Shown here: positions 62,845-64,000 of the stretch, in pieces | Position numbering within the stretch: the stretch's first letter is position 1 | How the letters are laid out: every line of letters starts with the position of its first letter | Source: Blasia pusilla | Taxonomy: Eukaryota | Length of the DNA stretch: 64,000 nt | Direction: 5' to 3' | NCBI GenBank assembly: GCA_050084515.1 | Contig: CM114271.1 | Span: forward strand, 2,294,001 to 2,358,000 | Notes under the pieces: model-generated | The model's database searches: none | The model's input: only the letters and a program-made list of their open reading frames with translations | What the model was told of the DNA's origin: nothing | Translations under genes and position numbers: made by a program

Positions 62845-64000
62845 AGTTCAGTTATCCTTCTCTGGGTGCCAGAATTTTGGGCAGCTGCCTTCTGGTATAT
62901 CCAGAAATTGATTACCAAGCTTGAGTCGTGAGAGATACTACTAAGTGGTGATCTCTCCATCTTTTCCCGCGGTATTTCACCAAAATGTTCTGTACCTACT
63001 TTGAGACAGACTCATCTTATCATTTCCTGATAAGTTTTGCTGGCAGCAGTCTTCCACCTGACAGCGCATCGTGGTTAGTCTTAATAGTGAACATGGTGCG
63101 AAGTCTCGGAGGGAAGTCTAAGGCTTCGTTTCAATAATGAGAAGATTTTCTCTGTAACTCTGTTCGTGCCAGCTAACCCAGTCACCACACAAGTGGTTTT
63201 GCTGAGATCTGGCTTGATAACGAGTTTCATTTTGTAGCTCTAAATTTCCTGAAAGTCAAGCAGACTATCAATCACTTTCTCATACCATCTGCATTTCAAA
63301 GTATCATTTTTACAGAGCAGTTTTCATGGGTGTGGAACATCCGGTGGCTTGAAATCCTGTGTTTGGTCAGAGTACAAAGACATGGACAGGACATGGTGCC
63401 CACTTTGTTGCCGGGGTGGGATAGAGTAAAAACGATTTTGATGTTGTCTTCAGGATTGAGAATTACCCTTAAGGTTCTTTTATCTGTCAGCAGTTTTACG
63501 ATCTTGTGGAAGCAAACAGGTGCACATAGGAATATCCATGGGATATCTTTTGTCAGCGGTCTGGTGCCCAAAACCATTCATTTTTTGTGGAGGAGATGTT
63601 TGGCAACGATCATAGTTCTGCAAATGATTATACTCTTTGCGGACATTCAAATCCGAAGAATCTTTCTCAGAACACTTCAGGAGCACAGTGCTCAAGACCG
63701 TGGTGGTTGTTACTTACAACGAGTTCGGAAGAGAACGTCGAGGTTAAATGTCGTACAGCATGCCCACCTCCAAGATCTGAGCATAAGGGATGTTCAAAGT
63801 TGACACCTCGGACCTACAATTAGTTTCCAGAAACCTGTATATTTTTCCTACGAAAATCCGTGTCGCAATCTTAGTAGCTCTACTCACGCGCAACTCACCT
63901 TTCCCCAACACAAATACAGGACCGTCAGCTCGGGCCTTATCCAGAACAGACACCTCCGAAGCTATAGCGTCGGCAGAAAGAGTGTCTCTCTCAAGTGACG

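Noticed and set aside
63296-64000. ORFs and a possible minus-strand exon (donor near 63899) at the window end
   Set aside because: Could be the end of a convergent gene, but there is no recognisable product.

Overview
Eukaryotic nuclear DNA from an intron-rich land plant; the gene style suggests a bryophyte (inference). Four host genes are present: an intronless DeSI/PPPDE peptidase (-), an At4g36440-like membrane protein (+), U11/U12 snRNP 59 kDa (+) and an organellar NDPK3-type kinase (+). The main signal is an unusual Ty3/Gypsy-type retroelement group. Two long, decayed copies from different families lie at 3330-11796 (+) and 27896-37660 (-), and three short solo units at 13945-14555, 15812-16426 and 54302-54658. 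The long copies encode gag-(protease)-DNMT3-like C5 cytosine methyltransferase-RT-RNaseH-DDE integrase-PHD finger. They do not have ordinary LTRs. They have split direct repeats, A1-[ORFs]-B1-GC-A2-B2, with an internal palindromic end-to-end junction GACA-GC-TGTC, TGTC...GACA termini and 4-bp target-site duplications. There is no tRNA primer-binding site; the sequence at that position is complementary to the predicted transcript 5' end (Tf1-like self-priming). This fits integration of a two-LTR circle through an attachment site inside the LTR (inference). Other oddities: a duplicated in-frame cassette exon in SNRNP59, a ~1 kb segment whose composition looks like reversed DNA, and a two-unit minisatellite upstream of NDPK.
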